From NCBI GenBank assembly GCA_011605715.1, contig JAAOZO010000171.1:1-34893 (forward strand): a stretch of DNA of 34,893 bases, read 5' to 3'. Positions 18,110-26,798 of this stretch are shown piece by piece; position 1 is the stretch's first letter, and every line of letters begins with the position of its first letter. The position numbers and the translations under genes were made by a program. Origin of the DNA: Nitrososphaerota archaeon. GTDB taxonomy: Archaea > Thermoproteota > EX4484-205 > JAAOZO01. A model generated the notes under the pieces. It was given only the letters and a program-made list of their open reading frames with translations. It did no database searches and was not told the DNA's origin.

Positions 18110-18922
18110 ATGGAGAAATTAGAATGTCTAGAGAATGACAGCAGCAATACTTTCTATACCGAAGAGAAAGAATTAGATAATTCTGTTTTTTCTTTCAATG
18201 ACCTCTCTTCTCATCACCTTCTGTCCCAGTACGACGTAGATGAGAAAATACGCCAATACACCCGTTTATTACTTGAAAAATTAAACTTACCTTTATCTAT
18301 GGACCTTGCTATATTTAAAACGTATTTAGAAATAAAGAAGAGCTTGCCTAAGAATAATGTAAACTCAGTAGCCTTACTGGCCTCACTGGTCGTCTTATAT
18401 TCAAAGTTTTACAACTACCCAAAAAACATAAGTGAGGTGATGGAAATAGTTAAAGATTTTGACCCAAAAATTAAAAAAGGACGTATCCTCAAATATATGT
18501 ATCTTATAAAATCTATCAATAAATCGTTTAACAATTATGTATGTCCAGTCTCTTTTATTGATATGATAATGAACAGACTTGAAGATAGAGGACTGATTTT
18601 TGTTAACCCTATGTCAAAGAAATTTGATTACAAAAGATCATTAATCTTAATCTCAAGCTACCTATTAAGCAAGCTAAAAGATAAAAATATAAGTAGTAAT
18701 CCGAGAGGCATTGCTGCTTGTTCAATTTATACTTCTAACATATTGATTGCAAAATATAAGATTTTTAAATGTAAACGCCTAACTCAAAAACATTTAGCTA
18801 TTGCTTCTAATTTAGCTGAATACACAATAAGGGAGAACTACGAAAAACATTTTTCTATGTTTGTGAAGAATCCTCCAGAAGATTTACTATTACATCTTTC
18901 TCTCCTTCTGTCTCAGAACTAA
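18110..18922 (+). CDS. Divergent TFIIB/TFB-like cyclin-fold protein lacking the N-terminal zinc ribbon
   Basis: SSNPRGIAACSIY and LTQKHLA..SNLAEYTIRENY match the second TFB cyclin repeat and its HTH. PKNISEV matches the first repeat. Confidence 0.7.
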   Translation: MEKLECLENDSSNTFYTEEKELDNSVFSFNDLSSHHLLSQYDVDEKIRQYTRLLLEKLNLPLSMDLAIFKTYLEIKKSLPKNNVNSVALLASLVVLYSKFYNYPKNISEVMEIVKDFDPKIKKGRILKYMYLIKSINKSFNNYVCPVSFIDMIMNRLEDRGLIFVNPMSKKFDYKRSLILISSYLLSKLKDKNISSNPRGIAACSIYTSNILIAKYKIFKCKRLTQKHLAIASNLAEYTIRENYEKHFSMFVKNPPEDLLLHLSLLLSQN

Positions 18923-19319
18923 TGTAGAAGTATTGCTCTACCACTGTGATATTTATTTTATACTTTACCTGCATCATATAAGTTTCGTTACTCACCTTTA
19001 TGCTATTTATGCTAAATACATAGGTCACTCGAGTATCGTTCTTTGAAAACTTGTTTGCTACCTTATTAAAGATATCACCTACTATAGCCTGTAACTCAGA
19101 AGATTTTATCGTCTTGTTTTCAATCGAACCTATTTCTTCTTTTATCTCCCTGTCTGCACTTTGTTCATTATTTGAAACTTCATTCGTTTTTTCATTGAAT
19201 TTCTTTATGATATCAATACTTTTAAAAATGTTAGTAGCTTCTTTTACTACAAGTAGCACGATTAAAGCGTACAAAAAAGTAAATACAGTTAATGCAGGTA
19301 CAATGCCTAAAGGCTTCAT
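18855..19319 (-). CDS. Membrane-anchored hypothetical protein (minor pilin candidate)
   Basis: Single N-terminal hydrophobic helix; last gene of the prepilin peptidase operon. Confidence 0.55.
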   Translation of the reverse strand: MKPLGIVPALTVFTFLYALIVLLVVKEATNIFKSIDIIKKFNEKTNEVSNNEQSADREIKEEIGSIENKTIKSSELQAIVGDIFNKVANKFSKNDTRVTYVFSINSIKVSNETYMMQVKYKINITVVEQYFYISSETEGEKDVIVNLLEDSSQT

Positions 19320-19331
19320 TTTGCTAAGTCT

Positions 19332-19427
19332 TCAAAGTAAGATATATCCTCTTACGATGTGTTCCAAGATGAATAAAGTCAGCCACATTATCAAAGTTGC
19401 CAAACTCACATCTATCTCTTCATACAT
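19332..19427 (-). CDS. 31-aa hydrophobic peptide (absent from the ORF track)
   Basis: MYEEIDVSLATLIMWLTLFILEHIVRGYILL, preceded by a GGTGAG ribosome-binding site; fills the operon gap. Confidence 0.5.
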   Translation of the reverse strand: MYEEIDVSLATLIMWLTLFILEHIVRGYILL

Positions 19428-19443
19428 TTTCTCACCTACTTGT

Positions 19444-19596
19444 TCATATACCTACAACCCTCTTTATAAGCTCCCCTAAAATTCTGTTTACCTCATAGTT
19501 AACCATCATGAGTCCAACCAAGTAAAATGAAAGTATTAGAACTGAAAATCCAATTTCAAGAATTCCTAGCTTACCCTTTTTAAAACTTCCTATCAA
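19444..19596 (-). CDS. 50-aa pilin-like membrane protein (absent from the ORF track)
   Basis: TTG start; MIGSFKKGKLGILEIGFSVLILSFYLVGLMMV... has a basic KKG followed by a hydrophobic helix. Overlaps the upstream stop. Confidence 0.5.
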   Translation of the reverse strand: MIGSFKKGKLGILEIGFSVLILSFYLVGLMMVNYEVNRILGELIKRVVGI

Positions 19597-19921
19597 GGAT
19601 AACTCCCTGTTCACTTATAGACACATTTACACTTCTATCAAAGAGAACAGTAACATTTTCGTAAAAAGGAGCACTTATTTGAATAGCTGACTCATTTATT
19701 TTTTCTATTTTAATAACTTCTGACCCAATTTTTGGCAGATTTATCCTGAATTCTACTTTTTTGTTTGCTCTTGTGATATAATTGATTTTTTCAAATAAAA
19801 TCTTTATCGTCTCTACTTCCTTTTTTTCATATGTAGAAACTAATTTCATTTCAAGAACTCCAATGGTCGTGCACAACAAAAACCATGCTAAGATTGAGCC
19901 AATAAACTCAATCTCTTCCAT
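19580..19921 (-). CDS. Membrane-anchored minor pilin-like protein
   Basis: N-terminal IEF plus hydrophobic helix, then a beta-rich soluble part. Confidence 0.55.
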   Translation of the reverse strand: MEEIEFIGSILAWFLLCTTIGVLEMKLVSTYEKKEVETIKILFEKINYITRANKKVEFRINLPKIGSEVIKIEKINESAIQISAPFYENVTVLFDRSVNVSISEQGVILDRKF

Positions 19922-19927
19922 TTTTCA

Positions 19928-20086
19928 CTACCTTCCTAAAATTAATTTGTTTAAACTTACTTTAGCAAAAAGTTCTCCAAGTATTTTAACGATTTGAGAA
20001 AAATTTTTTGCAAAGAAATAAAGTATTAATGCTGAAATTAATCCTTCAATCATCATCGTCATCATCTTCTCCAATATCCTGCTCAT
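19928..20086 (-). CDS. 52-aa pilin-like membrane protein (absent from the ORF track)
   Basis: MSRILEKMMTMMIEGLISALILYFFAKNFSQIVKILGELF...; starts 5 nt after the peptidase stop and ends 6 nt before the next ATG. Confidence 0.55.
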   Translation of the reverse strand: MSRILEKMMTMMIEGLISALILYFFAKNFSQIVKILGELFAKVSLNKLILGR

Positions 20087-20091
20087 TTTTC

Positions 20092-20682
20092 CTACAAAAA
20101 CATAGTATGTGAAAGGCTAGTTATAAGCACCAATGTTCCAAATAATGGAATAAACGGCACGTCAGACTTTTTTGATTTAACTTTTGGGAAAATTAGTGTA
20201 AAACTCCAAGTAAACGGAAGGGCAAATGTAACAATTTTAACAAGCCTTTTACTACTAGTTTTATTCTGCAGTTTTCTTAGGAAATGGATTCTAAGCAAGA
20301 GCGTGTACGTGTTCACATAAATTGGTTCTATTAGGCTAGTATCAAATTGTAAGTTCGTGGGAAATAAGCCCAACATTAGTCTTACCTTAAAAATACCTAC
20401 GCTTACTGGTTGTATAATTGCTAATGAAAACATGAAATCTGCAAATCCAGAATATCCAAGTATAAATTGAATACCTGAAATCAATGCAACCTTTAAAATA
20501 GAAAGTAAGTAGTCGAAAGTATTCTCCAATAAAATGCCTTTTATGAGTACGAGTATCAGACTTAATATAAAAAATATCACTAAAAAAATTGCAGAAACTT
20601 CTCTGTCTCTTATGTCTTCGTAGCTCATTATTATCCAAAGCAGTACCCAAATGAAAAGTAGTCCTTTTTCCAGCAACAACAT
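20092..20682 (-). CDS. Prepilin peptidase (A24 family, TadV/PibD-like)
   Basis: Multi-pass membrane protein with YEDIRDREVS, a GxxD motif (GFADF) and C-terminal VPFIP. Confidence 0.8.
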   Translation of the reverse strand: MLLLEKGLLFIWVLLWIIMSYEDIRDREVSAIFLVIFFILSLILVLIKGILLENTFDYLLSILKVALISGIQFILGYSGFADFMFSLAIIQPVSVGIFKVRLMLGLFPTNLQFDTSLIEPIYVNTYTLLLRIHFLRKLQNKTSSKRLVKIVTFALPFTWSFTLIFPKVKSKKSDVPFIPLFGTLVLITSLSHTMFL

Positions 20683-20750
20683 TTTTATCCTTTTTACAAG
20701 TTTTATTTGTCCTTATAAAGGCCCACAGAGAGCTTTAAATTAGAATAAAA

Positions 20751-20906
20751 ATGAAGCATGAGGATGCTATAATAGATGCTATAATAGACGAGATTTCAAA
20801 TTTAAAGAATGAGTTATCCATAGTAAAAAGAAGGCTTGATCTGTTACAAGGTTACATAATGAAATCTAAAGAGACTTCTCTAAATTCAGAAGAAGCTAAA
20901 AAATGA
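20751..20906 (+). CDS. 51-aa coiled-coil protein (absent from the ORF track)
   Basis: MKHEDAIIDAIIDEISNLKNELSIVKRRLDLLQGYIMK...; the stop overlaps the ATPase start (ATGA). Confidence 0.6.
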   Translation: MKHEDAIIDAIIDEISNLKNELSIVKRRLDLLQGYIMKSKETSLNSEEAKK

Positions 20907-22618
20907 GAATCAAAGAAATAAGAAGGTTTAAGAACCATTTATTAATTACTGTGCATGATAACTTTAATGAAAGTCTCGTAGATGAAATTCTTAACTATGT
21001 GATCTTTTATATGCGTTTTTTCAGGAATATAAGTTCTGTTGATGTAAAGTTTAATAATTACGAAGAAACTATAGTTGACAAAGCAATTTTATCTAAATGT
21101 TTAAATAAGGCGCGTCAAATTTCAAAGCTTGTTAAGACAATAGCGTTAAGATATAGAAGCAAACTCGAAGGTATTGACCTAAGTTATTTGTCAGTCTATC
21201 CGAATTTCGGTGAGCTTTATAACTTAAATAAGAATCCTAAGCAAGAAGTTCTTCTTGCTAACTCAAATTTTAGTATGGATTATGCTTGCAATGAAACTAT
21301 TGAGATTCCGAGCAGATTATACCACTTAGACGCTGTTTTAAAAGGTGGTGTGTACCACATCAAGTATAAAGATATTTTTGTAAAGAATATTTTGCTTGAT
21401 ACTTCGTATTTTCTTAGATGGGTTGTTGATGATCGTCTTCTTGAACCAAATAAGTTTAGTGATTTCATCGAATATAGGTATAAGTTTGCCATAAGGTATC
21501 TAAACAAAACCATCCAAAATCTTTCTACTCAATTAATTAGAAGTATAGCGATTCATTCTGTTTTTGTTTCAATGGGTTTACCTTCCCTTTTTCCCCTCTT
21601 TTTAGATAAAAGTATCAACGAAATCTACCTTGATGACTTAGGAAAGACGGTATATGTTGAGCATGCTGATTATGGAAGGTTGCCTACTAATATCAAACCA
21701 AGGGATAAGGAAGTTAGAGCTCTTCTTTCAGCCCTAAGAAGGAACAGTGGCCAAGAGTTAAGTCTTTCAAATCCTTCTATTAAGGGTGATCTCTCGTTTT
21801 ATAATTCTATTTTAAGAGTTTCTTTCGATTCTTTTCCTCTAGTTAACAACTTCTCCTTTGACATAAGAAAGTTGAGCAAAGAGTCAAAAAACTTATCAAG
21901 TCTTGTTCAAAGTGGTACCCTAGATAAAGTAACGGCATCTTTCCTTGTGAATTTGTTGAGAATTCGTGCCAACATTTCTATAGTTGGAGAGCCTGGAAGT
22001 GGCAAAACGACGTTACTTGCTTCAATTTTGAATTTTGTCCCCAAAAACTGGAGAGTCATAATTTTAGAGGATGTTCCGGAGATTTCTTACTCTTTCTCTG
22101 GGTCAAATTTTTGTTTAAAGCTATTTACTGATCCTTTTGAGTCTAAGACTAAAGTAAGAAAAAAGTCAGAAGAAATAGTTAAGCTACTTCACAGGAATCC
22201 AACTTATGTAGTTCTTGGTGAGTTACAGTACGAAGACCACTTCAAGTCTCTTTTTTATGCTTTATCTTCAGGGTTAAGAGTTATTCATACTTCTCACGCG
22301 CCAAGTATCGCTGGATTCATTGATAGAGTGGTAAATGTTTACAAAATTTCTAGTTCTTTAGTCTCATACCTTGATGTTGTTTTAGAAATGAAGAAAATAG
22401 AAAATGACGGTAAGGTTATACGAAGATTAAATTCTATCGGTTTTGTGAATATTTCAAGTACAGATCCTTATGAACTAAAAGTTGTAAACTTAAATAACAA
22501 TAATTCAGATACTCTAGAAGGTATTTACCAGAATTGGATCAAAATGATATTAGTAAAGAGGAACGAAACTAACTACATTAATAATTTTTGTTTTTTGCAA
22601 AATAGTGAGCTATCTTGA
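20903..22618 (+). CDS. Type IV pilus/Tad assembly ATPase (CpaF/TadA/VirB11 family)
   Basis: INEIYLD, DIRK, Walker A GEPGSGKT, Asp box ILEDVPEI, Walker B VVLGE and His box HTSHA. Confidence 0.88.
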   Translation: MRIKEIRRFKNHLLITVHDNFNESLVDEILNYVIFYMRFFRNISSVDVKFNNYEETIVDKAILSKCLNKARQISKLVKTIALRYRSKLEGIDLSYLSVYPNFGELYNLNKNPKQEVLLANSNFSMDYACNETIEIPSRLYHLDAVLKGGVYHIKYKDIFVKNILLDTSYFLRWVVDDRLLEPNKFSDFIEYRYKFAIRYLNKTIQNLSTQLIRSIAIHSVFVSMGLPSLFPLFLDKSINEIYLDDLGKTVYVEHADYGRLPTNIKPRDKEVRALLSALRRNSGQELSLSNPSIKGDLSFYNSILRVSFDSFPLVNNFSFDIRKLSKESKNLSSLVQSGTLDKVTASFLVNLLRIRANISIVGEPGSGKTTLLASILNFVPKNWRVIILEDVPEISYSFSGSNFCLKLFTDPFESKTKVRKKSEEIVKLLHRNPTYVVLGELQYEDHFKSLFYALSSGLRVIHTSHAPSIAGFIDRVVNVYKISSSLVSYLDVVLEMKKIENDGKVIRRLNSIGFVNISSTDPYELKVVNLNNNNSDTLEGIYQNWIKMILVKRNETNYINNFCFLQNSELS

Positions 22619-23154
22619 AAATAAATAGGCTTATCAACTTAGTACAAGGCTATCTCAAACCTATCTTTGATAAACTGAGTAACAGAAGACTAGGTCTTTC
22701 AACTTTGCAACATACGTTGTATGTATCCTATAGAATAGTTGGCGAAAATGAAATTCATGCAGCTAGACATGTACTAAAGCTTAATGATGAAAGTGCTACA
22801 TATAAAAAATTTATTTATGCTATAGGCTCTGGGCTCGATGCTGATAAATACTTAACATTAGAGCTAAACAAAACAGAGCAATACCTAAAGTTTAAGTCGA
22901 GTATTTATCAAAGGATTTCTTTTATTGAGAGCTATAATAGAAATATGTACCTGAGAAGTGTAGATAGGCTTAAAGTACTTTTAACAATATTTACTTTTTT
23001 ATCATTTATCATACCGTTTGTATTTATTTTTCTCTCTTTCTTTCTCTTCAAGAATTATGTTGACTTTTTATCTTACTTTATCCTACTTTATCCAATTTTT
23101 CTTTCATTTTTTCTTAGGTTAGCAAGAGTTGAAGATAAATATGTCATCAAATAA
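22615..23154 (+). CDS. Membrane platform protein (TadB/TadC-like, divergent)
   Basis: Two C-terminal transmembrane helices; coupled to the ATPase gene. Assignment is mainly from context. Confidence 0.5.
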   Translation: MKINRLINLVQGYLKPIFDKLSNRRLGLSTLQHTLYVSYRIVGENEIHAARHVLKLNDESATYKKFIYAIGSGLDADKYLTLELNKTEQYLKFKSSIYQRISFIESYNRNMYLRSVDRLKVLLTIFTFLSFIIPFVFIFLSFFLFKNYVDFLSYFILLYPIFLSFFLRLARVEDKYVIK

Positions 23155-23929
23155 GATCTTCGCAACAGTTATTCTTCTGCTATCTTCTGTTGTTGCTCAA
23201 ACTTTACTCAGTGGAAAGAACTTTAACATAGTTATCATCTCTTTCTTTTCGCTCCTTATTTCTTTGTTGTTAAGAAACGAAAGTCCAAAAGTTAACGTTA
23301 AAGATAGAGAAAAACTCCTTGATTACTTTTCAAGCACAATATCTAGAAGTAAAGAAGGACTTTTCCAAGAGGCATCATTTTTTAAAGATTCAAAAAATCA
23401 AAGAATTAAATATCATAAAAAGCTTGTCTACTTGGTTTCGAATGGCTTTCCAATAGAAGATGCTCTTCTGAAGAGTATTTCAGAAAGTAAAGACCCAATT
23501 CTCGTATTCGTATCAGAGCAGTTGCGCTATGGAAGAATAAGCTCTAACGAAGTTGATAAAGTGATTGGGATGTGGCTTGATAACTTAGGCTACATTCATG
23601 AAACTAATAGGCTCTTGTCTGAGTTTGAAAATAGAGTAACACTCTTAAATTACATTCTGTTTGTCTCCTTTGGCTTTATATCAGCATCGCTTAGATCCTT
23701 TGGATCTCTCATAAAAAATTCTGTAAACTATTTATTCTTTAGCAACTTGAGTTATAATATCGATGCAATAACGCTATCTCTTCTCATGTTTTCTATTTCA
23801 ATATTTACTGTTTCTTCATCTTACTTTAATCTAAGTAATAAAACTATTAAGTTTGCTACTTCTTGTTTTTTGTTTTTAGTTTCCTACCTACTTTTTGGAA
23901 TAATCTTCTTTTATGCAGGCAATCTTTGA
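23141..23929 (+). CDS. Membrane platform protein (TadB/TadC-like, divergent)
   Basis: N- and C-terminal transmembrane helices around a cytoplasmic domain with G.PIEDAL. ATG 23141 preferred. Confidence 0.55.
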   Translation: MSSNKIFATVILLLSSVVAQTLLSGKNFNIVIISFFSLLISLLLRNESPKVNVKDREKLLDYFSSTISRSKEGLFQEASFFKDSKNQRIKYHKKLVYLVSNGFPIEDALLKSISESKDPILVFVSEQLRYGRISSNEVDKVIGMWLDNLGYIHETNRLLSEFENRVTLLNYILFVSFGFISASLRSFGSLIKNSVNYLFFSNLSYNIDAITLSLLMFSISIFTVSSSYFNLSNKTIKFATSCFLFLVSYLLFGIIFFYAGNL

Positions 23930-23986
23930 AAATATTGGTGCTTAAATAGCTTTAGGCCTCATTATATTTTGGAGCTGATCGAAAGT

Positions 23987-24172
23987 ATGAAAAAGCTTAG
24001 AGCTTCTCAACTAATAGAAGAAGGTCTCCTAATAGTCCTCGCCTTAGTGATGATAGGTGCTGTCTTCGGAGTATACAAATCCATAATAGACGGGATCTCA
24101 AACTTCTTTAAAAACATAGTAGATAGCATAGGTAAGGTTGCGTACGAGCTGTTTGGTTGGGCGTATCCTTAA
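23987..24172 (+). CDS. Flp-like short major pilin with class III signal peptide
   Basis: MKKLRA|SQLIEEGLLIVLALVMIGAVF: [KR]A cleavage site, Glu at +5, hydrophobic then amphipathic helix. Confidence 0.7.
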   Translation: MKKLRASQLIEEGLLIVLALVMIGAVFGVYKSIIDGISNFFKNIVDSIGKVAYELFGWAYP

Positions 24173-24175
24173 AAA

Positions 24176-25960
24176 TTGAAGATAAAGAATTTCTCTTTAC
24201 CAGAAGATTTTACAGTTGTTTTATCTGCTGCTATTCTTACGCTCGTCTTTGTGTTCAGCAAGTTCCCTCTACTTTTTCAACAAGGGTTCGTCGCATCTTA
24301 TAGGTTTTTATTTTTGTTTATTGTTTTCATTTCTATTTTTTCAGTTTTCTTGATGTACCAATACTTGCATCTAAATAGGTCTAACAGCAATGTAACTTAT
24401 TCTTTGCTAGAAAATGATTTGGTTTTGTTAAAATCTGACTCAAGAAAATACTTCTTGCAGCTATTTAAGTTAGAGTGTCATGACTTAAGTAAACCTAGTC
24501 AATTTGGTCAATTTTTTGATTTTCTTTATAAGTCTGGTATTAGTATAAAGTTAGTTGCAAACATTTACAACCAATCAAATAACTATCGAAATTTCGAAAT
24601 ATTCATACTCGCTTATGAAGAAATTCAAGGTGACTTTAAACAAGATTACATTCCTATAGTTGAAGAGAAATTCAATTCTCTTCTTATCGCTTCTAAAGCT
24701 TACTCCAACGTTATTAGTTTGACTAAACTAGAAGGCTCTTCTCTCTTAAATAGCTTAGACCTATACTTCCTTAACAAAAAAGAAATAAACCATAATTCAG
24801 AAGAAGAACAAAAAAATTCAGGTGAAGTTTTAGCTTCATTGTTTTTACCTTCTCCAAGTAGTGATTTTGTTAATGGCATTTCTTTTATGTCTAAAGAAAA
24901 AGATAGTGAAAGCGGAGTAATTCTCGGAGAGCAAATATATAAAGGAGAACCTTGTGGTACATTTGTCTTGCCAGTTGATTCATTATTCAAGCATTCAGTT
25001 ATAGTTGGAATAACAGGATCTGGTAAGTCAACTACAAATAAGCAAATTTTAAAGGAACTCAGCAGGCTTGGATTTCACTTTTTACTGTTTGATTTTCATG
25101 ATGAGTATGACCAAGAGTTCTCAAACTCCACTTCGTCTTACATTTTTAGATTTTCAGGAGAAGCTTCTATTGACTTTTTATCACCGTTTGAAATGAAAGA
25201 TTTTTCAAATCATGTTTCTATAGTAACTGATGTCTTTAACAACGTATACTCCTTTTCACCATCTCAATTTTTTGTTTTTCGTGATGTTTTATCCTCAGAA
25301 TTAGCTTATTCAAAAATTAATAGGGTTTCACCAACAATGAGAGGCGTAGTAGATAGACTAGAGAATTATGAGCCAAAGTCGTTTTATGAGAATGAGACAA
25401 AATTTTCGTTATTGCGAAGATTAAAGCCCCTAAGTGAAGGCGAAGGTAGTAAAATATTCGCAATTTCTAATTTGATGAAAATTGACAGTATTCTTAACAA
25501 GAATGTAATTTTAAAAGTCTCTGATATAAAAGATTCTGACTTAAGAAAGCTTACAGTTTCTCTTATACTTGCTTTAGTGTATGAGTACAGGCTGACAAAC
25601 GGGCCAGACAAAATTGGACATTTTATTTCTTTAGAGGAAGCCCAAAACTTTGTCCCGTTTAGAAACAGAACAGAAGAAGCTTCAATATATGAAAAAATGT
25701 TTTTTGAAATGAGGAAGTATAGAGAATCTCTTATTTTAATTGCTCAATTCCCTTCTCAGATTTATCCTGACTTGCTTAAGTCTTGTGAAGTTAAGGTTGT
25801 CCATAGGCTTTTTTCAGCTGGGGATGCATCCTTAATTGAAGATATATTGGGAATAGATGAAAAAATACTTGAACAACTTAAATCTTTGCCGGTAGGTCGT
25901 GTTCTCGTTTTTATTCCTTCTAGTAGAAGTCCTATTACCGTTCAGGTACGTAGGGATTAG
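24176..25960 (+). CDS. Membrane-anchored HerA/VirB4-like (FtsK-HerA superfamily) ATPase
   Basis: Two N-terminal TM helices, KH..IVGITGSGKS, FDFHDEY, Walker B ISLEEAQNF, EMRKY and IAQFP motifs. TTG start. Confidence 0.85.
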   Translation: MKIKNFSLPEDFTVVLSAAILTLVFVFSKFPLLFQQGFVASYRFLFLFIVFISIFSVFLMYQYLHLNRSNSNVTYSLLENDLVLLKSDSRKYFLQLFKLECHDLSKPSQFGQFFDFLYKSGISIKLVANIYNQSNNYRNFEIFILAYEEIQGDFKQDYIPIVEEKFNSLLIASKAYSNVISLTKLEGSSLLNSLDLYFLNKKEINHNSEEEQKNSGEVLASLFLPSPSSDFVNGISFMSKEKDSESGVILGEQIYKGEPCGTFVLPVDSLFKHSVIVGITGSGKSTTNKQILKELSRLGFHFLLFDFHDEYDQEFSNSTSSYIFRFSGEASIDFLSPFEMKDFSNHVSIVTDVFNNVYSFSPSQFFVFRDVLSSELAYSKINRVSPTMRGVVDRLENYEPKSFYENETKFSLLRRLKPLSEGEGSKIFAISNLMKIDSILNKNVILKVSDIKDSDLRKLTVSLILALVYEYRLTNGPDKIGHFISLEEAQNFVPFRNRTEEASIYEKMFFEMRKYRESLILIAQFPSQIYPDLLKSCEVKVVHRLFSAGDASLIEDILGIDEKILEQLKSLPVGRVLVFIPSSRSPITVQVRRD

Positions 25961-26192
25961 TTTTACTTTCTGCCAACTTATTTAAAAATTTAATTTTTTT
26001 CTCTAGTTCAACTGCGTTCATTCTTTCCATGCTTATTACATTTTTCTTCGTTACCTTATATCCACAGAAGGGGCAAATTCTATAGTGACTTTTTTCGTTT
26101 ATTCCCATAAACTTGCCACATTTAGGACATTTCACTATGAGAAATTTATCCTTCGACAACTTTAAAAAGCATATTAAGTCGTTGCTTATCAT
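25935..26192 (-). CDS. Small zinc-ribbon protein (DUF1922-like)
   Basis: FLIVKCPKCG...ICPFCG. The true start may be TTG 26159. Confidence 0.65.
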   Translation of the reverse strand: MISNDLICFLKLSKDKFLIVKCPKCGKFMGINEKSHYRICPFCGYKVTKKNVISMERMNAVELEKKIKFLNKLAESKTNPYVPER

Positions 26193-26733
26193 TTAAATAT
26201 TTTTTCATCCAATCGATTTTCTTTCCAGGCTTAAATTTATCCTTTATTATACCCTGCGCAATTTTCTTAGGACTTCTATTTGTAGTATCAATTTCGATTA
26301 CATCTCTCTCAAACATTTCATGTGCTTCCTGTGATATTTGATTAAGAAATTCGCTCAGTACATTTTCTTTAGTTTTTTCAATTCCATACTTCTTGAGGAT
26401 CCTCTTATACAATATCAATGGTTCACATCTTAAAACTATTACTCTTTTTGTACCCCCTCGAACTAAGTTTGCTAGCTCATAAGAATGTATCCAATCTACT
26501 GCTATGTTTGTTTGAGTTGTTCTAACTATTTTTTTCACCGTATTTCTCATCTTTTTCACTAAGACAACAAAAGAATCTGTTTTTCTGTCATACCTTGAAT
26601 ACAGTTTCTTGTCTTTTACTAACTTTCCAACGTCTAAATGAGCAAAATTAAACTTTTCTAGTTCTTTACAAAGTGTAGACTTTCCTACTCCTGGCGTACC
26701 ACTTATAAATAATACCTGTTTCTTTTGGGGCAT
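26146..26733 (-). CDS. Adenylate kinase, AK6/Fap7 family
   Basis: ISGTPGVGKST, YD...DS, VIVLRC.P..L..R, K.KENV.SE and EIDTT motifs. Confidence 0.85.
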   Translation of the reverse strand: MPQKKQVLFISGTPGVGKSTLCKELEKFNFAHLDVGKLVKDKKLYSRYDRKTDSFVVLVKKMRNTVKKIVRTTQTNIAVDWIHSYELANLVRGGTKRVIVLRCEPLILYKRILKKYGIEKTKENVLSEFLNQISQEAHEMFERDVIEIDTTNRSPKKIAQGIIKDKFKPGKKIDWMKKYLNDKQRLNMLFKVVEG

Positions 26734-26798
26734 TTTAGTTTTGATTTAAAGTACCGGAAAGAAAAATATAAAAGCCTTTACTTCTAGTTTTGGTTCGT

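Noticed and set aside
20763..20786. 12-bp tandem repeat GATGCTATAATA x2
   Set aside because: In-frame duplication (DAII-DAII) inside a small CDS; not a CRISPR or iteron array.
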